DNA of 64,000 bases from Fidelibacterota bacterium (GTDB lineage: Bacteria; Fidelibacterota; UBA2242), in NCBI GenBank assembly GCA_049975265.1, contig JBNGDF010000005.1, positions 2,780-66,779 on the forward strand, written 5' to 3'. Positions 20,347 through 30,279 of the stretch are shown here, piece after piece. The position numbers and the translations under genes are program-made. Below the pieces are notes generated by a model. That model did not search any database. It had not been told where the DNA came from and worked only from the letters and a program-made list of their open reading frames with translations. Each line of letters begins with the position of its first letter. Position 1 is the first letter of the stretch.

Positions 20347-20625
20347 ATGAGTGAACGAACAGCGTATATCGACAAGATGGCGGCGAAACTGAAAGAGCTG
20401 GATGCAGAAATCCGGATACTGGAAGCCAAGGGGGAATCGGCGAAAGCCGATTATAAACAGCAGATTCAGGTGTTGAAAGCTCAGCAGGAAGATGTCCGGC
20501 AGCAACTCAATAAAATCCGGGAAGCCGGTGAAGATGCCTGGGAGGAACTGAAAAAGGGCTTTGAGAAAAGCTGGCAAACCCTGGGCGATTCGGTAAAAAA
20601 ATTGCTGTCGCGATTCAAGATTTGA
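20347..20625 (+). CDS. Small coiled-coil protein
   Basis: AYIDKMAAKLKELDAEI..., GEDAWEELKKG; strong GGAGG SD. Confidence 0.85.
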   Translation: MSERTAYIDKMAAKLKELDAEIRILEAKGESAKADYKQQIQVLKAQQEDVRQQLNKIREAGEDAWEELKKGFEKSWQTLGDSVKKLLSRFKI

Positions 20626-20631
20626 GCACCG

Positions 20632-21405
20632 ATGGGATGGTTTAAGAAAACTAAAAAGGGCTCTGTTGGGCTGGCACTGGGCGGCGGTGCCGTGCTGGGC
20701 GCCGCTCATATAGGGGTTTTAAAAGCGATTGAGGAGAAGGGGCTTGACATCCGCTATGTTGCCGGCACCAGTATCGGAGCATTTGTGGGTGCCTTTTACG
20801 CCTTCGGCAAGAACTGGGCGGAAATCGAGGAAATCGCCAAAGATTTAAACTGGCTGGACATTTCTGGAATTTCGATTCCAAAGCTCGGCTTGCTGTCAAA
20901 TCAGAAAATGGGCGAATTTATGAGGGAAAAAATCGGCGATGTCAGCATTGAAGATGCGACGATTCCCTTTGCTGCCGTGACCACCGATATTATCAGCGGG
21001 GAGAAGATGGTGCTCCGGGAAGGCGATCTGGCGACGGCGGTGATGGCAAGTACCTGTATCCCGGGTGTTTTTATTCCCGTTGAATTGGATGACCGCCTGC
21101 TGGTTGACGGCGGACTGGTCGAAAACGTACCGATTGCACCTTTAAAAGATATGGGCGCCGACTTTATCATCGGCGCGGACCTGAACGCCGGTCATCGCCC
21201 GCAACGACCGGAGAATATTGTAGAGGTACTGCTCCGGACGTTTGATTTCATGATCAGGTCCGCCACCGCACTCCAGACGGAAGAGGCAGATGTCCTCATT
21301 CAGCCGGACCTGTCAGAGTTCAATATGTTTGAAACTTCCCAGGTGGGTGACCTGATTGAGGTGGGTTACGCCAGTGCACGGGCGGTATTGGAAAAAAACC
21401 TGTAA
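20632..21405 (+). CDS. Patatin-like phospholipase (RssA/NTE family)
   Basis: GGGAVLGAAHIG, GTSIG nucleophile, DGG motif. Confidence 0.92.
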   Translation: MGWFKKTKKGSVGLALGGGAVLGAAHIGVLKAIEEKGLDIRYVAGTSIGAFVGAFYAFGKNWAEIEEIAKDLNWLDISGISIPKLGLLSNQKMGEFMREKIGDVSIEDATIPFAAVTTDIISGEKMVLREGDLATAVMASTCIPGVFIPVELDDRLLVDGGLVENVPIAPLKDMGADFIIGADLNAGHRPQRPENIVEVLLRTFDFMIRSATALQTEEADVLIQPDLSEFNMFETSQVGDLIEVGYASARAVLEKNL

Positions 21406-21883
21406 ACGATCAGATCAATAATCCGGCAAAAGAGTAATCTTCCAGGCAGGTTATTATCAGGAGTAATATCCGTCAAAAAGATTAGATAATGTATAAGACC
21501 GGTTCTTTTCCAGCGCAATTACGGGGCATATCAACCACTTTCTGGCACCTTTTATAGATAACTGATGACGAATCAGAAATCGCCCGGACGGTTTCTGTGT
21601 CTGGGGTCACATATTTCCGGCTGCTTCACCGAATACTGCCGGTAATTACCATATATTAAGATGATCGGCATATGAATTGTATGAATTAAATACGTTGTTT
21701 GAAATGAAAAATCGGTTGCTTAACTCAGTTTATGCATTTGCTAAAACTGCTCTGCTGTTTGGTAGCAATAAAAAGATTCCTGGTTAAAACCCCCCCTACC
21801 CAGGATGAGGAGAGAGTCTTACAGATAAGGCTCTCTCCTTCCTATTTTTATTCCGCAATGGTGAAATCAAGAGGAGGTAAAAG

Positions 21884-22690
21884 ATGAAAAAAGTACTAAT
21901 CCTGCTGATAATGATTACAGGTATTGTTTTCCTGAGCTGCGAAAGCGATTCCGACGGTGAAGCCGGTACCGGCGAGATCGTTATCAAGGCGTTCGACGCC
22001 CCCTTTCAAGGGGATGTGGAGCATATCTACCTGCATATAACCGAGGTCAGTGTGCACAAAGCGGTCGCCGGCAGCACCAGCGATACCTCGGCGCAATGGA
22101 TCGTGCTGAGCGAAGCGGACACCACGATCGATTTCCTGGAGCTGGTCAATGGCACAATGGCAACCCTGATTCATTCACACCTCGACGTGGGACAGTATTC
22201 GCAGATGCGGTTGCTGCTGGGTGAAGGTTCAGCGATTGTCGTGGATGGTGTCTCCCACACTTTGAGGGTACCCAGCGGCAGCGAGTCCGGTGTAAAGCTG
22301 AATCTGGGTTTCTTTATTAATGAGGATGAAATCATCGATATCTATCTGGATTTTGATGCGGAGCGCTCGATTAATAAACATCCGACTCAGGAGCGCTACT
22401 CATTGCAACCGACCTTCCGGGTGTTTAAAAGTGTGCTGTCGGGAACAGTCTCCGGGACCGTGACGGATTCTGTCGGAAACGGTCTGCAGGATGTTTCGGT
22501 CTATGCCGTCTCCGATGGTGATTCGGTGACCACCCTGACGAATGCGGACGGGAATTACAAATTGATCCTGTTAGCCGGAACCTATGTGGTCTCCGCAGCC
22601 GGTTATGAGCTCACGGCGGATACTGTTTATCAGAATATTGCCCTTGATGCCGAAGAGAATATCCTAAATCTGGATTTTGTGATGAACTGA
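21884..22690 (+). CDS. DUF4382-type lipoprotein with C-terminal carboxypeptidase-regulatory-like domain
   Basis: Lipobox FLSC, DAP, GQYSQMRL.LG, VPSGSESGVKL, LDFDAERS; AGGAGG SD. Confidence 0.82.
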   Translation: MKKVLILLIMITGIVFLSCESDSDGEAGTGEIVIKAFDAPFQGDVEHIYLHITEVSVHKAVAGSTSDTSAQWIVLSEADTTIDFLELVNGTMATLIHSHLDVGQYSQMRLLLGEGSAIVVDGVSHTLRVPSGSESGVKLNLGFFINEDEIIDIYLDFDAERSINKHPTQERYSLQPTFRVFKSVLSGTVSGTVTDSVGNGLQDVSVYAVSDGDSVTTLTNADGNYKLILLAGTYVVSAAGYELTADTVYQNIALDAEENILNLDFVMN

Positions 22691-22717
22691 TTGAGACCGA
22701 AATTGATTCGCAGTATG

Positions 22718-22746
22718 AAAAGACCGGTGCTCAGCCGGTCTTTTTT
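22718..22746. terminator. Bidirectional intrinsic terminator
   Basis: AAAAGACCGG-7nt-CCGGTCTTTTTT between convergent genes. Confidence 0.85.
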
Positions 22747-22777
22747 ATAAAGCCGGTAGTGAAGGCAGGCGATAAAT

Positions 22778-22903
22778 CCGGAAAAATGATTAATAACGCC
22801 GGACAAATGGTCTGTCAGCCGGGACAAACGATGTATCATTTATGGAAAATGGTTGATCCGGCGGTCCAAATGACTCATTACCACGGGAAAATGCCGGATT
22901 GTC
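22778..22903. repeat. Degenerate tandem array, six 21-bp units
   Basis: AAATG (once AAACG) at positions 7-11 of six consecutive 21-nt units. Confidence 0.75.
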
Positions 22904-22923
22904 TCAGCAACATCGTCCGGCAA

Positions 22924-23664
22924 CTATTTTCGCAGTGCCGCTTTGGTGAACCGGTACTCCGGAATATCAACATTGAAGTCAATGGATTCGAGAATGTACT
23001 CGGTCCCGCCACCGCGGGAGAGCATGTCCTTGAAGGTCATCCGCTTCGGCAGCCAGCGTCCGTCCTGCTGAAAGACCTCCAGGATTTCGGTTTGCTTGAG
23101 CAGGCGTCCGCTGCGGGCGAAGCGCTCCTCCTTGAGCGGCAGCCAGCGCTTGGCGTCTACCCAGATTTTCCGGGAGTGATAAGCAACATCGCTGGTGTTG
23201 GCGGTCAGTTCCAGCACCCAGCAGTCGCGTCCATTATAGGTCTCTCTGCCCAGTACAACGGCATCGTAATTGGCACGCAGCTCATCGCTTTCCATTAAAT
23301 CTTCGTAGGACATATCCGATCCCATCACGGATTGCTTCAGCAGGTGACCGGAAATCGTGATGATCCGGTCATTGGGCTCGGGTGTGTAAATCCAGAGATC
23401 GTCTCCCACTTTGAGCATCTTTTTACCCTTTTCACGGGCGGGCGACAGGTATTCCACAAAGGCTTTGTCGTTGCCCTTGGACCAGGCTTTGGAGCGGATT
23501 GTGCGATCGCCGGTGCGGCTGTGAACGATCATTGTTGCGGTACTGATCGCCTGATCATATACCTGATTCCGGTCGATTTTCTGCAAAATCTCATCGACGT
23601 CGGGTGTTTGGGCATTTATTGATATGGATAAACATAAAATAACTGAAAAAGGAATCCGTTTCAT
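22924..23664 (-). CDS. Outer-membrane lipoprotein-sorting (LolA-like) protein
   Basis: Signal peptide, LSPAREKG.KMLK, MGSDMSYED motifs. Confidence 0.88.
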   Translation of the reverse strand: MKRIPFSVILCLSISINAQTPDVDEILQKIDRNQVYDQAISTATMIVHSRTGDRTIRSKAWSKGNDKAFVEYLSPAREKGKKMLKVGDDLWIYTPEPNDRIITISGHLLKQSVMGSDMSYEDLMESDELRANYDAVVLGRETYNGRDCWVLELTANTSDVAYHSRKIWVDAKRWLPLKEERFARSGRLLKQTEILEVFQQDGRWLPKRMTFKDMLSRGGGTEYILESIDFNVDIPEYRFTKAALRK

Positions 23665-24935
23665 GTTTCCAACTCCTTAAATAATGAGGCGGTCTGGCGT
23701 CTGTAAATACCGATGCCCGCCAGAGCGGTTCCGAATACACTGGCGATCAGCCCCGGAAAAACACCGATGTAGTAGGTTGTGGTGGTAATCCTGGCTCTGA
23801 ACACCAGCGGTATCATCATGTTGACATTTTTCATGGCACCGCTAAAGTCCAGACCTTTGACCTGCATCCAGTAGGCTGCCGCCAGCCCGAGTCCGGTACC
23901 GAGGATGGTTCCGGCGATTCCGATCGCCAGGGATTCACATAGCAGAGAGCGGTAAATGTGACCTTTGGGTTCGCCGATAGCCAGGCGAACGCCCACTTCG
24001 CCATAGCGCCGCAAACCGCCCAGCAGACCGGCATTCCACAGGACGATGGACATGACGATGACGAATATCAGTGCAATCGTGCCAGCCATATTGTTCGCCA
24101 TGGTCAGGTAATCTGTCAGCCCGCTGGTCTCTTTGAGTTTGCCCATAACGGGGGCAAAATCGCTCTCGTTGTCGGCATACCGGGCATTGAATATTTTCAC
24201 AATTTCGGCGCAGGCTTCATCGTCATATACCCGGTTGGGTAAATAGCCCAGAATTTCCCCGGCGGCATTGTCCATATTGAGTGCTTGCTGAATGTCCCGG
24301 ATATCGGCAATCATGGCTCCGCGGTCCATAGCCGGAATACCGAATTTGATTGTACCGACGACCTTGAAATTATAGATCGCCATGCTACCGAACATGCCGG
24401 AACTCAGCAACGTTGCATAATCGCCCAGGGATATTTCCAGTTCCTTCGCCATTTCGTTACTGATCAGGATTTCACCCGGTTCCTCAGGCATTCTGCCGGT
24501 GACCAGGGATTTCGCGATATTCAAGGTATTAATCTCCGTACTGCCGGGGCTCAGTAAATCCACACCCATTCCGGCGACGGTGCCCTGTTCGCGGGTCTCG
24601 CCGTTTTCATCGGGGATATCCAGCAAACCACCGAATTTGATTCGCCTGACCCAGATCATATCCGGATATTCAGCCCTCAGGTCAGCCATCATTTCATCCA
24701 CACCTGTGAGTGCCATATCGTTGGGCAGCTGGTCTTCGTTTTCCGCATATGCCCGGCTCATAATTTTTACATGACCGGAAGAAAAGCGGGCAGTGGAATC
24801 CACCATATCGGTGAGAATCCCGCCCATGAAGGCTTGATAAAAAACCGTAATACAGACTCCGATGGTAACCATAATGACCGGAAACAGGCTGCGATGACGG
24901 TCACGCAGCAAACCTTTAATAATAAATGTAATCAT
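23661..24935 (-). CDS. ABC transporter permease, FtsX/LolE-like
   Basis: Four-TM MacB/FtsX topology, RR.GEVGVRLAIG motif. Confidence 0.9.
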   Translation of the reverse strand: MITFIIKGLLRDRHRSLFPVIMVTIGVCITVFYQAFMGGILTDMVDSTARFSSGHVKIMSRAYAENEDQLPNDMALTGVDEMMADLRAEYPDMIWVRRIKFGGLLDIPDENGETREQGTVAGMGVDLLSPGSTEINTLNIAKSLVTGRMPEEPGEILISNEMAKELEISLGDYATLLSSGMFGSMAIYNFKVVGTIKFGIPAMDRGAMIADIRDIQQALNMDNAAGEILGYLPNRVYDDEACAEIVKIFNARYADNESDFAPVMGKLKETSGLTDYLTMANNMAGTIALIFVIVMSIVLWNAGLLGGLRRYGEVGVRLAIGEPKGHIYRSLLCESLAIGIAGTILGTGLGLAAAYWMQVKGLDFSGAMKNVNMMIPLVFRARITTTTYYIGVFPGLIASVFGTALAGIGIYRRQTASLFKELET

Positions 24936-26104
24936 TGGATTTTCCCCCTGATTGCTTCGGTGGGTTCCATTTTGGCAATGCGGCGCGCCGGCAGGTAACT
25001 CACGATAGTGGTGGTGACTAAGACGATAAGCGTAGTGCCAAATACCAAACCCAATGAGTAGCTTGGATAAATCTTTTCGGCGATGGTCAATCCAAAATCG
25101 TCGGTGCCAGCGGGCATCGCCCAGCCAATTTTAGCCTGGTAAGCCAAAAGCGGGATGCCGTAAATTGCTGCTAAAATGGCAGCCAGGATCGAATGCATGG
25201 CGCCTTCCACCGTGAAAAGTGCAATGACCTGCCGTTGCGTCATGCCTAACGCGATATGCGTCCCGATCTCTTTTTGGCGGCGGAAAATGGACAACACCTG
25301 GGTATCGAAAATCGCCAGCATTGCCAGTGCCATCAATATAGTAAACATGACATAACCGCCGATGGATTTCGTTTTGATCATTTTCCGGATATCTTCCATC
25401 AGGAAATATTGATTTTTAAATTCCCAGCCCGGTATTTTACCGATGAAGCCGCTCTCCGGCGCAGTAATCAGCATGGTCGCCTCATTGGGCATGCGCACTA
25501 TCCGGCGGTGTTTTTCCAGCGGAATCCAGACAATCCCGGCATCCATTGTCTGTACGTTGGTTTCGAAAATATGGACAATTTTTACTTCATCCGCATCGAA
25601 GGTGCCGTTTACATCGCGCCAGCGGACGGTTACGTAATCGCCCACCGCCAGCTTGCTGTTTTTGGCGGTCCGTTCGCCGATGATCGCCGGAATGTCACCG
25701 CCATCGCTTTTTAAGTGATGCGTTGGCAGCTCAATAATGGTTTGGTTCGGATCGATACCCCGGAGAGAGATGCTCTGAATGCGACCCTGGGGATACATAT
25801 TTGCTTGGCTGATCAGTACCGGCGTCAGCAGACCTTTGCGAACCGCTTCCCGGGCGAGTTCGGGCAGCGGGGCATGACTGTCATCGATAGTAAAGGGATC
25901 GTAGGGGTCGTAATTTTTCTGCCAGTATTGACCGCCCCCGACTTGCCAGGCGATGGTATCGCGTTGTGCCTGTTCGTTCCAGCCGTTCAGAACGCCTTTG
26001 AACCAGATGATGACTACAAATGCCAGCGAAAGGACGAAAACGTTCAGCCAGGTCCGCAACCGGGCGCCGATCAAATTTCGAAATGCCAGTTTTAGTGCTA
26101 ACAT
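24932..26104 (-). CDS. ABC transporter permease, FtsX/LolC-like
   Basis: LAFRNL, RRQKEIGTHIALG, PARRIAKMEP.EAIR; GGAGG SD. Confidence 0.9.
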   Translation of the reverse strand: MLALKLAFRNLIGARLRTWLNVFVLSLAFVVIIWFKGVLNGWNEQAQRDTIAWQVGGGQYWQKNYDPYDPFTIDDSHAPLPELAREAVRKGLLTPVLISQANMYPQGRIQSISLRGIDPNQTIIELPTHHLKSDGGDIPAIIGERTAKNSKLAVGDYVTVRWRDVNGTFDADEVKIVHIFETNVQTMDAGIVWIPLEKHRRIVRMPNEATMLITAPESGFIGKIPGWEFKNQYFLMEDIRKMIKTKSIGGYVMFTILMALAMLAIFDTQVLSIFRRQKEIGTHIALGMTQRQVIALFTVEGAMHSILAAILAAIYGIPLLAYQAKIGWAMPAGTDDFGLTIAEKIYPSYSLGLVFGTTLIVLVTTTIVSYLPARRIAKMEPTEAIRGKIQ

Positions 26105-26137
26105 ATTATCCTCCCTCAAAAAGGTTCTTCGAACCGG

Positions 26138-26839
26138 TTATTCTTTGACGATCTGTTCGTCTTTGGCTACTTTCCCGTCCAGCAGAGTAATCTTGCGGTG
26201 CAGGTACTGGATGACCTTTTCGTCGTGAGTGGCAAAGATAAAGGTGGTTTTCAATTCCCGATTCAGGTTTTCCATGGTCTGCAGGATGTTATGGGAATTT
26301 TCGGCATCCAGGTTGGCGGTGGGTTCATCCGCCAGAACGATTTTTGGGGATTTGACCATGGCGCGGGCAATCGAAACGCGCTGACATTCGCCGCCGGACA
26401 GTTGCGGCGGACGGGATTTACGTTTGTCCTGCAGACCGACCCATTCCAGCGCCTGGTCCACCAGTTTACGCCGTTTGTCTTTTTCTATTTTTAACAAAAG
26501 TAGCGGTAGTTCGACATTTTCAAAGACATTGTACACCGGCAGAAGATTGTAGGTCTGGAAGATAAATCCCAGGTGTTGATTGCGCAGGTCGGCTGACTGG
26601 CGGGCGTTGAGTTTGTTGATTGATTGTCCCAGGACCAGTGCTTCGCCCTGAGTGGGCACGTCCAGTGAACCCACGATATTCAGAAGAGTCGTTTTACCGG
26701 AGCCGCTGGGACCGACGAGTCCAGCAAATTCACCCTTACCGATGGTCAGATTGATATCCTCCAATGCCCGGAAGTAACCACGCCCCACCGGATAATCCTT
26801 GGTCAGATTTTGCGTTGTGATTAATTGACCGTTTTCCAT
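26138..26839 (-). CDS. ABC transporter ATP-binding protein (LolD-like)
   Basis: GPSGSGKT, LSGGECQRV, ADEPTANLD, ATHD. Confidence 0.95.
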   Translation of the reverse strand: MENGQLITTQNLTKDYPVGRGYFRALEDINLTIGKGEFAGLVGPSGSGKTTLLNIVGSLDVPTQGEALVLGQSINKLNARQSADLRNQHLGFIFQTYNLLPVYNVFENVELPLLLLKIEKDKRRKLVDQALEWVGLQDKRKSRPPQLSGGECQRVSIARAMVKSPKIVLADEPTANLDAENSHNILQTMENLNRELKTTFIFATHDEKVIQYLHRKITLLDGKVAKDEQIVKE

Positions 26840-26968
26840 TAGTATATCCTTTCTTTTTTTACCGCCAAGACGCTGAGTTCTCGCCAAGTTCGCAAAGATT
26901 AATTTTAACAAATATGGTTTTCATTATTTTTACTTCCACGTTGCGCTCCCTGCGGTTATGACGGATTA

Positions 26969-28045
26969 TCAGTGATTGTAAATGAGCATTAAACGAATTC
27001 CGATATTGCTGCCGAAAGCGTTGATGGTAGGCAATTGTATATCCGGAAAGTGAAACAGCGCCAGATTGAGCATAATTTTATCATAGCTGCGCTGCCAGCT
27101 GATATACTGAATGAAGTCTTCAGTGTCCCAAAAATAAAATATCATCAGTGCCAGATTATCGAACAATCCCAGCGGATAATTCAGCATTAATGCGGATAAT
27201 TGGGCATCCTGATCGGATTCATGAAACTTGTTCGACAGCCGATGGATCATGTGTTCCCCGAGAACATACAGCCCGTTCCCGACACTAAAAGTATAATCGG
27301 TTCCCATCGTCAGCGACTTGGTGTAATGATACGGTGCGGCGATTTCCTGATGCTGCACAAGCGCCTCAAACCAGACACCCACGACGACATCCCAGCGTCC
27401 GTCAAAAGCGATTCGGTTTTCCCGAAAATCAGCAGGGGAGCTGTGAACGGTTCGGGTATGTCCCGAGACCGCTGTTTCGCCCATGGGTACAGGAACCTGC
27501 AGCCGGGCGCCCAATTCCGGTTTGGTTTTCACACTGCCAGCCGTTTCCCAGCCCTTGGCATCACCATTACCGTACAATCCCCAAAGCCAGATGTTGGCAT
27601 TGTTCAGAAAAATGAAGCGATACCGCAGACCCCAGACGCCTTCGGCAATATTCATCGGGTCGGTGGGATTCTGGCGCTCAAACCACATCAGTGCCCGCAG
27701 TAGCTGTGCCGGTCCGAAATTGATTTTTTGCAGACCTACTTGAATTTCCGATTGAGGGGTGGCGTAACGCAGATTCAGCCGGTAGGGGCGGATATCATCA
27801 TGGTACTGTCCGGTTTCCTGATTGATATAGCCATGAAGCGACAGTTCAAGATCGATAAAATGGGAGGGTGAGAAGGATTTCGAAATCTGCAGGTTGGGGA
27901 TATACTGAATTCTCGCGCTGCCGTACCAGATGCCGCCGGATTCCCAGCCGGTGCCGCTGAATGACAGCTGCCCCCTGATGTTCGTCTCCGTTGCGGAGAG
28001 CAGCGAGAAAATTCCTAAAAGCGATATCAGGAAGCGGGAGTTCAC
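26969..28045 (-). CDS. Hypothetical outer-membrane beta-barrel protein
   Basis: Signal peptide, GLQKINFG motif, alternating aromatic strands; within the ABC operon. Confidence 0.7.
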   Translation of the reverse strand: MNSRFLISLLGIFSLLSATETNIRGQLSFSGTGWESGGIWYGSARIQYIPNLQISKSFSPSHFIDLELSLHGYINQETGQYHDDIRPYRLNLRYATPQSEIQVGLQKINFGPAQLLRALMWFERQNPTDPMNIAEGVWGLRYRFIFLNNANIWLWGLYGNGDAKGWETAGSVKTKPELGARLQVPVPMGETAVSGHTRTVHSSPADFRENRIAFDGRWDVVVGVWFEALVQHQEIAAPYHYTKSLTMGTDYTFSVGNGLYVLGEHMIHRLSNKFHESDQDAQLSALMLNYPLGLFDNLALMIFYFWDTEDFIQYISWQRSYDKIMLNLALFHFPDIQLPTINAFGSNIGIRLMLIYNH

Positions 28046-28662
28046 TTTTTATCCTCATCCGGAATCGGCATCAAACCGTAATAAATGAAGTTGTTAACCT
28101 CAAGGGCAAATTCCGTATAGTTATCGTAGAGCGCCACCAGCTGTTCGTTTTTGGCGAGCTCCAGAAGCTGGTTAACAACAGCGAGGAAAAACTCCGGACG
28201 AATGGACTTACGAACCTCACCCTTTTCCTGAGCCTGTTGGATGAGTTTTATGAACCATTGCATGACTTTTGTCAGCATCTGATTATAGAAATCCTGCAGT
28301 TCCGGAACAACGTCCAGATAATCCTTGATATATTGGTCACCCATCGCCGTGGTGGCTTCGGCTTTCAATTTCAGGATCATGCTAACCTTCTCCTGGAAAG
28401 TGGCGCCGGTTTTATCCAGCGCATCCAGTTTTGCCATGCTATCATCCATAATCCTTTGCCAGAGATACTTGATCAGTTCGTTCTTATTGGCAAAATATTT
28501 ATAAAAGGTCATTTTGCTGACTCCGGCGGTCTGACAGATTTCCTCCACCGTGACCTTCTTGAAACCGAATTGATTGAAAAGAGTATCGGCGGCTGTGATG
28601 ATTTGATGCTTTTTGGGGGGTATTTTTTTGGTTTTCATGTTTGTAGCGGGTTTACGATTCAT
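28042..28662 (-). CDS. TetR/AcrR family regulator (start 28662 or 28638)
   Basis: II.AA..LF...GFKKVTVEEIC..AGVSKMTFYKYF.NK HTH. Confidence 0.92.
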   Translation of the reverse strand: MNRKPATNMKTKKIPPKKHQIITAADTLFNQFGFKKVTVEEICQTAGVSKMTFYKYFANKNELIKYLWQRIMDDSMAKLDALDKTGATFQEKVSMILKLKAEATTAMGDQYIKDYLDVVPELQDFYNQMLTKVMQWFIKLIQQAQEKGEVRKSIRPEFFLAVVNQLLELAKNEQLVALYDNYTEFALEVNNFIYYGLMPIPDEDKK

Positions 28663-28798
28663 ATTTTTAAAAACGAAATTCGTATATATTTTACCATTTC
28701 GTAAAGCAAAATGCAAGAAAAATATTTACGAATTGTTCTTCAATTTACTTTATTCGTAAAATAGAGGTGGGATCGTAATACGAAAGCGGTGGTTTGTC

Positions 28799-30268
28799 TT
28801 AAACTGCAGCGGGATGGGTAAGCGTTTTGTATAATTTGAGGTACTGTTTGGCGGATTGCCGCCAGGAAAAATCCGCCTGCATGCCGTTCTGCTGGAGCAG
28901 TCGCCACGTTTTGGGATTGGAAAAGACTGATACTGCATCGCTGACGGCAATGACCAGGTCATCCGCGCTATAGTTCGCAAACAGAAAACCGTTGCCGGTC
29001 TCTCCGTTCCACTGTGTGATGGTATCCGCCAGTCCGCCGGTTTTGTGAATCACCGGGACGGTCCCGTATGACAAAGCTGCCATCTGGGTGATACCGCAGG
29101 GTTCGTAGCGGGAAGGCATTAGAAAGATATCACAACCAGCCAGGATTTTATGGGAGAGCGGGTTATTATAGCCGGAGTTAAATTTGAACTGTTTGGAATG
29201 ATGATCGGCGATCCGCCGCAGCGATTGCTCATACTTCGCTTCGCCACTGCCCAGGATGACGATGGCAATCTCCATTTTCAGAATCCGCTCCAGCGCTTCG
29301 ATCAAAATTGGAATCCCTTTCTGTTCGACCAGCCGGGAGACCAATCCGATGAGAGGTTTATGGACATATTCCGGACTGATGCCGACATCGTTCATCAGGG
29401 CGACCTTATTATGGTATTTTTCCGCAATGGTCTGAAGAGAATAAGGCTGGGTGATGTAGCGGTCGGTAGTGGGATTCCATTCGGAATAATTAACCCCATT
29501 CAGGATTCCATGCACCGGTTTACCGGTTGCCAGCAACACATTTTTCAAGCCGGCACTCATGGTATCGTCGGTTACAATTTCTATTGCATGCGTCGGGCTG
29601 ACGGTGCTGATGGCATCGGCGTACAGGATGCCGGCTTTGAGCGGATTGATCTGTCCGAACCACTCCAGCGGTGCCGTGGGGTAAAACAGTTCGTCGGGTA
29701 AATTATAGATCCGGCGGGCACTCATCTCTGTAATCCCCTGATAGCCGACATTGTGCAGGGTCAGCAGGGTCTTTGTCTCCTGAAAATCACGATATTCCCG
29801 GGATTTCGCTTTCAGATAGACCGGAATCAGGGCGCAGTGATTATCATTGCAATGAAAAACAGCGGGTTGCAGGTTGAGTAACCGGGCGGCTTCCAGACCT
29901 GCCTTTGAGAAAAGCAGAAAGCGCTGTGCGCTGTCGCTGTAGTAGTGTCCGTTTTGATCGGCATAAACGCCCCGTGAACCGAAATAGAACTCATTTTCGA
30001 TGAAAAAGATTTGGAAATGTGAATTTTGTGGTGGCTGCCAGCGGGACAAACCACACGCGATGGTTTCGTTACCGATGTCGACATTGAACCGGTAGGGACT
30101 GCTTTCCAGTTTAAACTTTCGGCGATTTATCGTCCCGTACGCCGGTGTTATTACCGTCATATCCACGCCCAAGGATGCCAATTCGACGGGTAGTGCACCG
30201 GCTACATCGCCCAGTCCGCCGACTTTGGAGAAGGGGTACACCTCTGCTGAAACAAATACGATCTGCAT
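28799..30268 (-). CDS. glgA: Glycogen synthase (GT5)
   Basis: KVGGLGDV, TLHNVGYQG, GILNG, SRLVEQKG, PSRYEPCG.TQM, TGGL.DT. Confidence 0.95.
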   Translation of the reverse strand: MQIVFVSAEVYPFSKVGGLGDVAGALPVELASLGVDMTVITPAYGTINRRKFKLESSPYRFNVDIGNETIACGLSRWQPPQNSHFQIFFIENEFYFGSRGVYADQNGHYYSDSAQRFLLFSKAGLEAARLLNLQPAVFHCNDNHCALIPVYLKAKSREYRDFQETKTLLTLHNVGYQGITEMSARRIYNLPDELFYPTAPLEWFGQINPLKAGILYADAISTVSPTHAIEIVTDDTMSAGLKNVLLATGKPVHGILNGVNYSEWNPTTDRYITQPYSLQTIAEKYHNKVALMNDVGISPEYVHKPLIGLVSRLVEQKGIPILIEALERILKMEIAIVILGSGEAKYEQSLRRIADHHSKQFKFNSGYNNPLSHKILAGCDIFLMPSRYEPCGITQMAALSYGTVPVIHKTGGLADTITQWNGETGNGFLFANYSADDLVIAVSDAVSVFSNPKTWRLLQQNGMQADFSWRQSAKQYLKLYKTLTHPAAV

Positions 30269-30279
30269 GGAATTTGGGT

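Noticed and set aside
21406..21740. Hidden small gene or repeat in the intergenic gap
   Set aside because: Only short ORFs without SD and one weak imperfect direct repeat
22778..22903. CRISPR array
   Set aside because: Conserved core is only about 5 nt, period is 21 nt, and there are no cas genes
22759..23298. 179-aa plus-strand ORF spanning the 21-bp array
   Set aside because: Mostly antisense to the LolA-like gene, starts just after a terminator and has no clear SD
26855..26965. Possible REP-like element (CGCCAAG/CGCAAAG repeats)
   Set aside because: Too degenerate and present only once in this window
27991..28704. 237-aa plus-strand ORF and similar long overlapping ORFs (45641-46477, 51843-52580)
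   Set aside because: Antisense to well-supported genes; no independent coding signal
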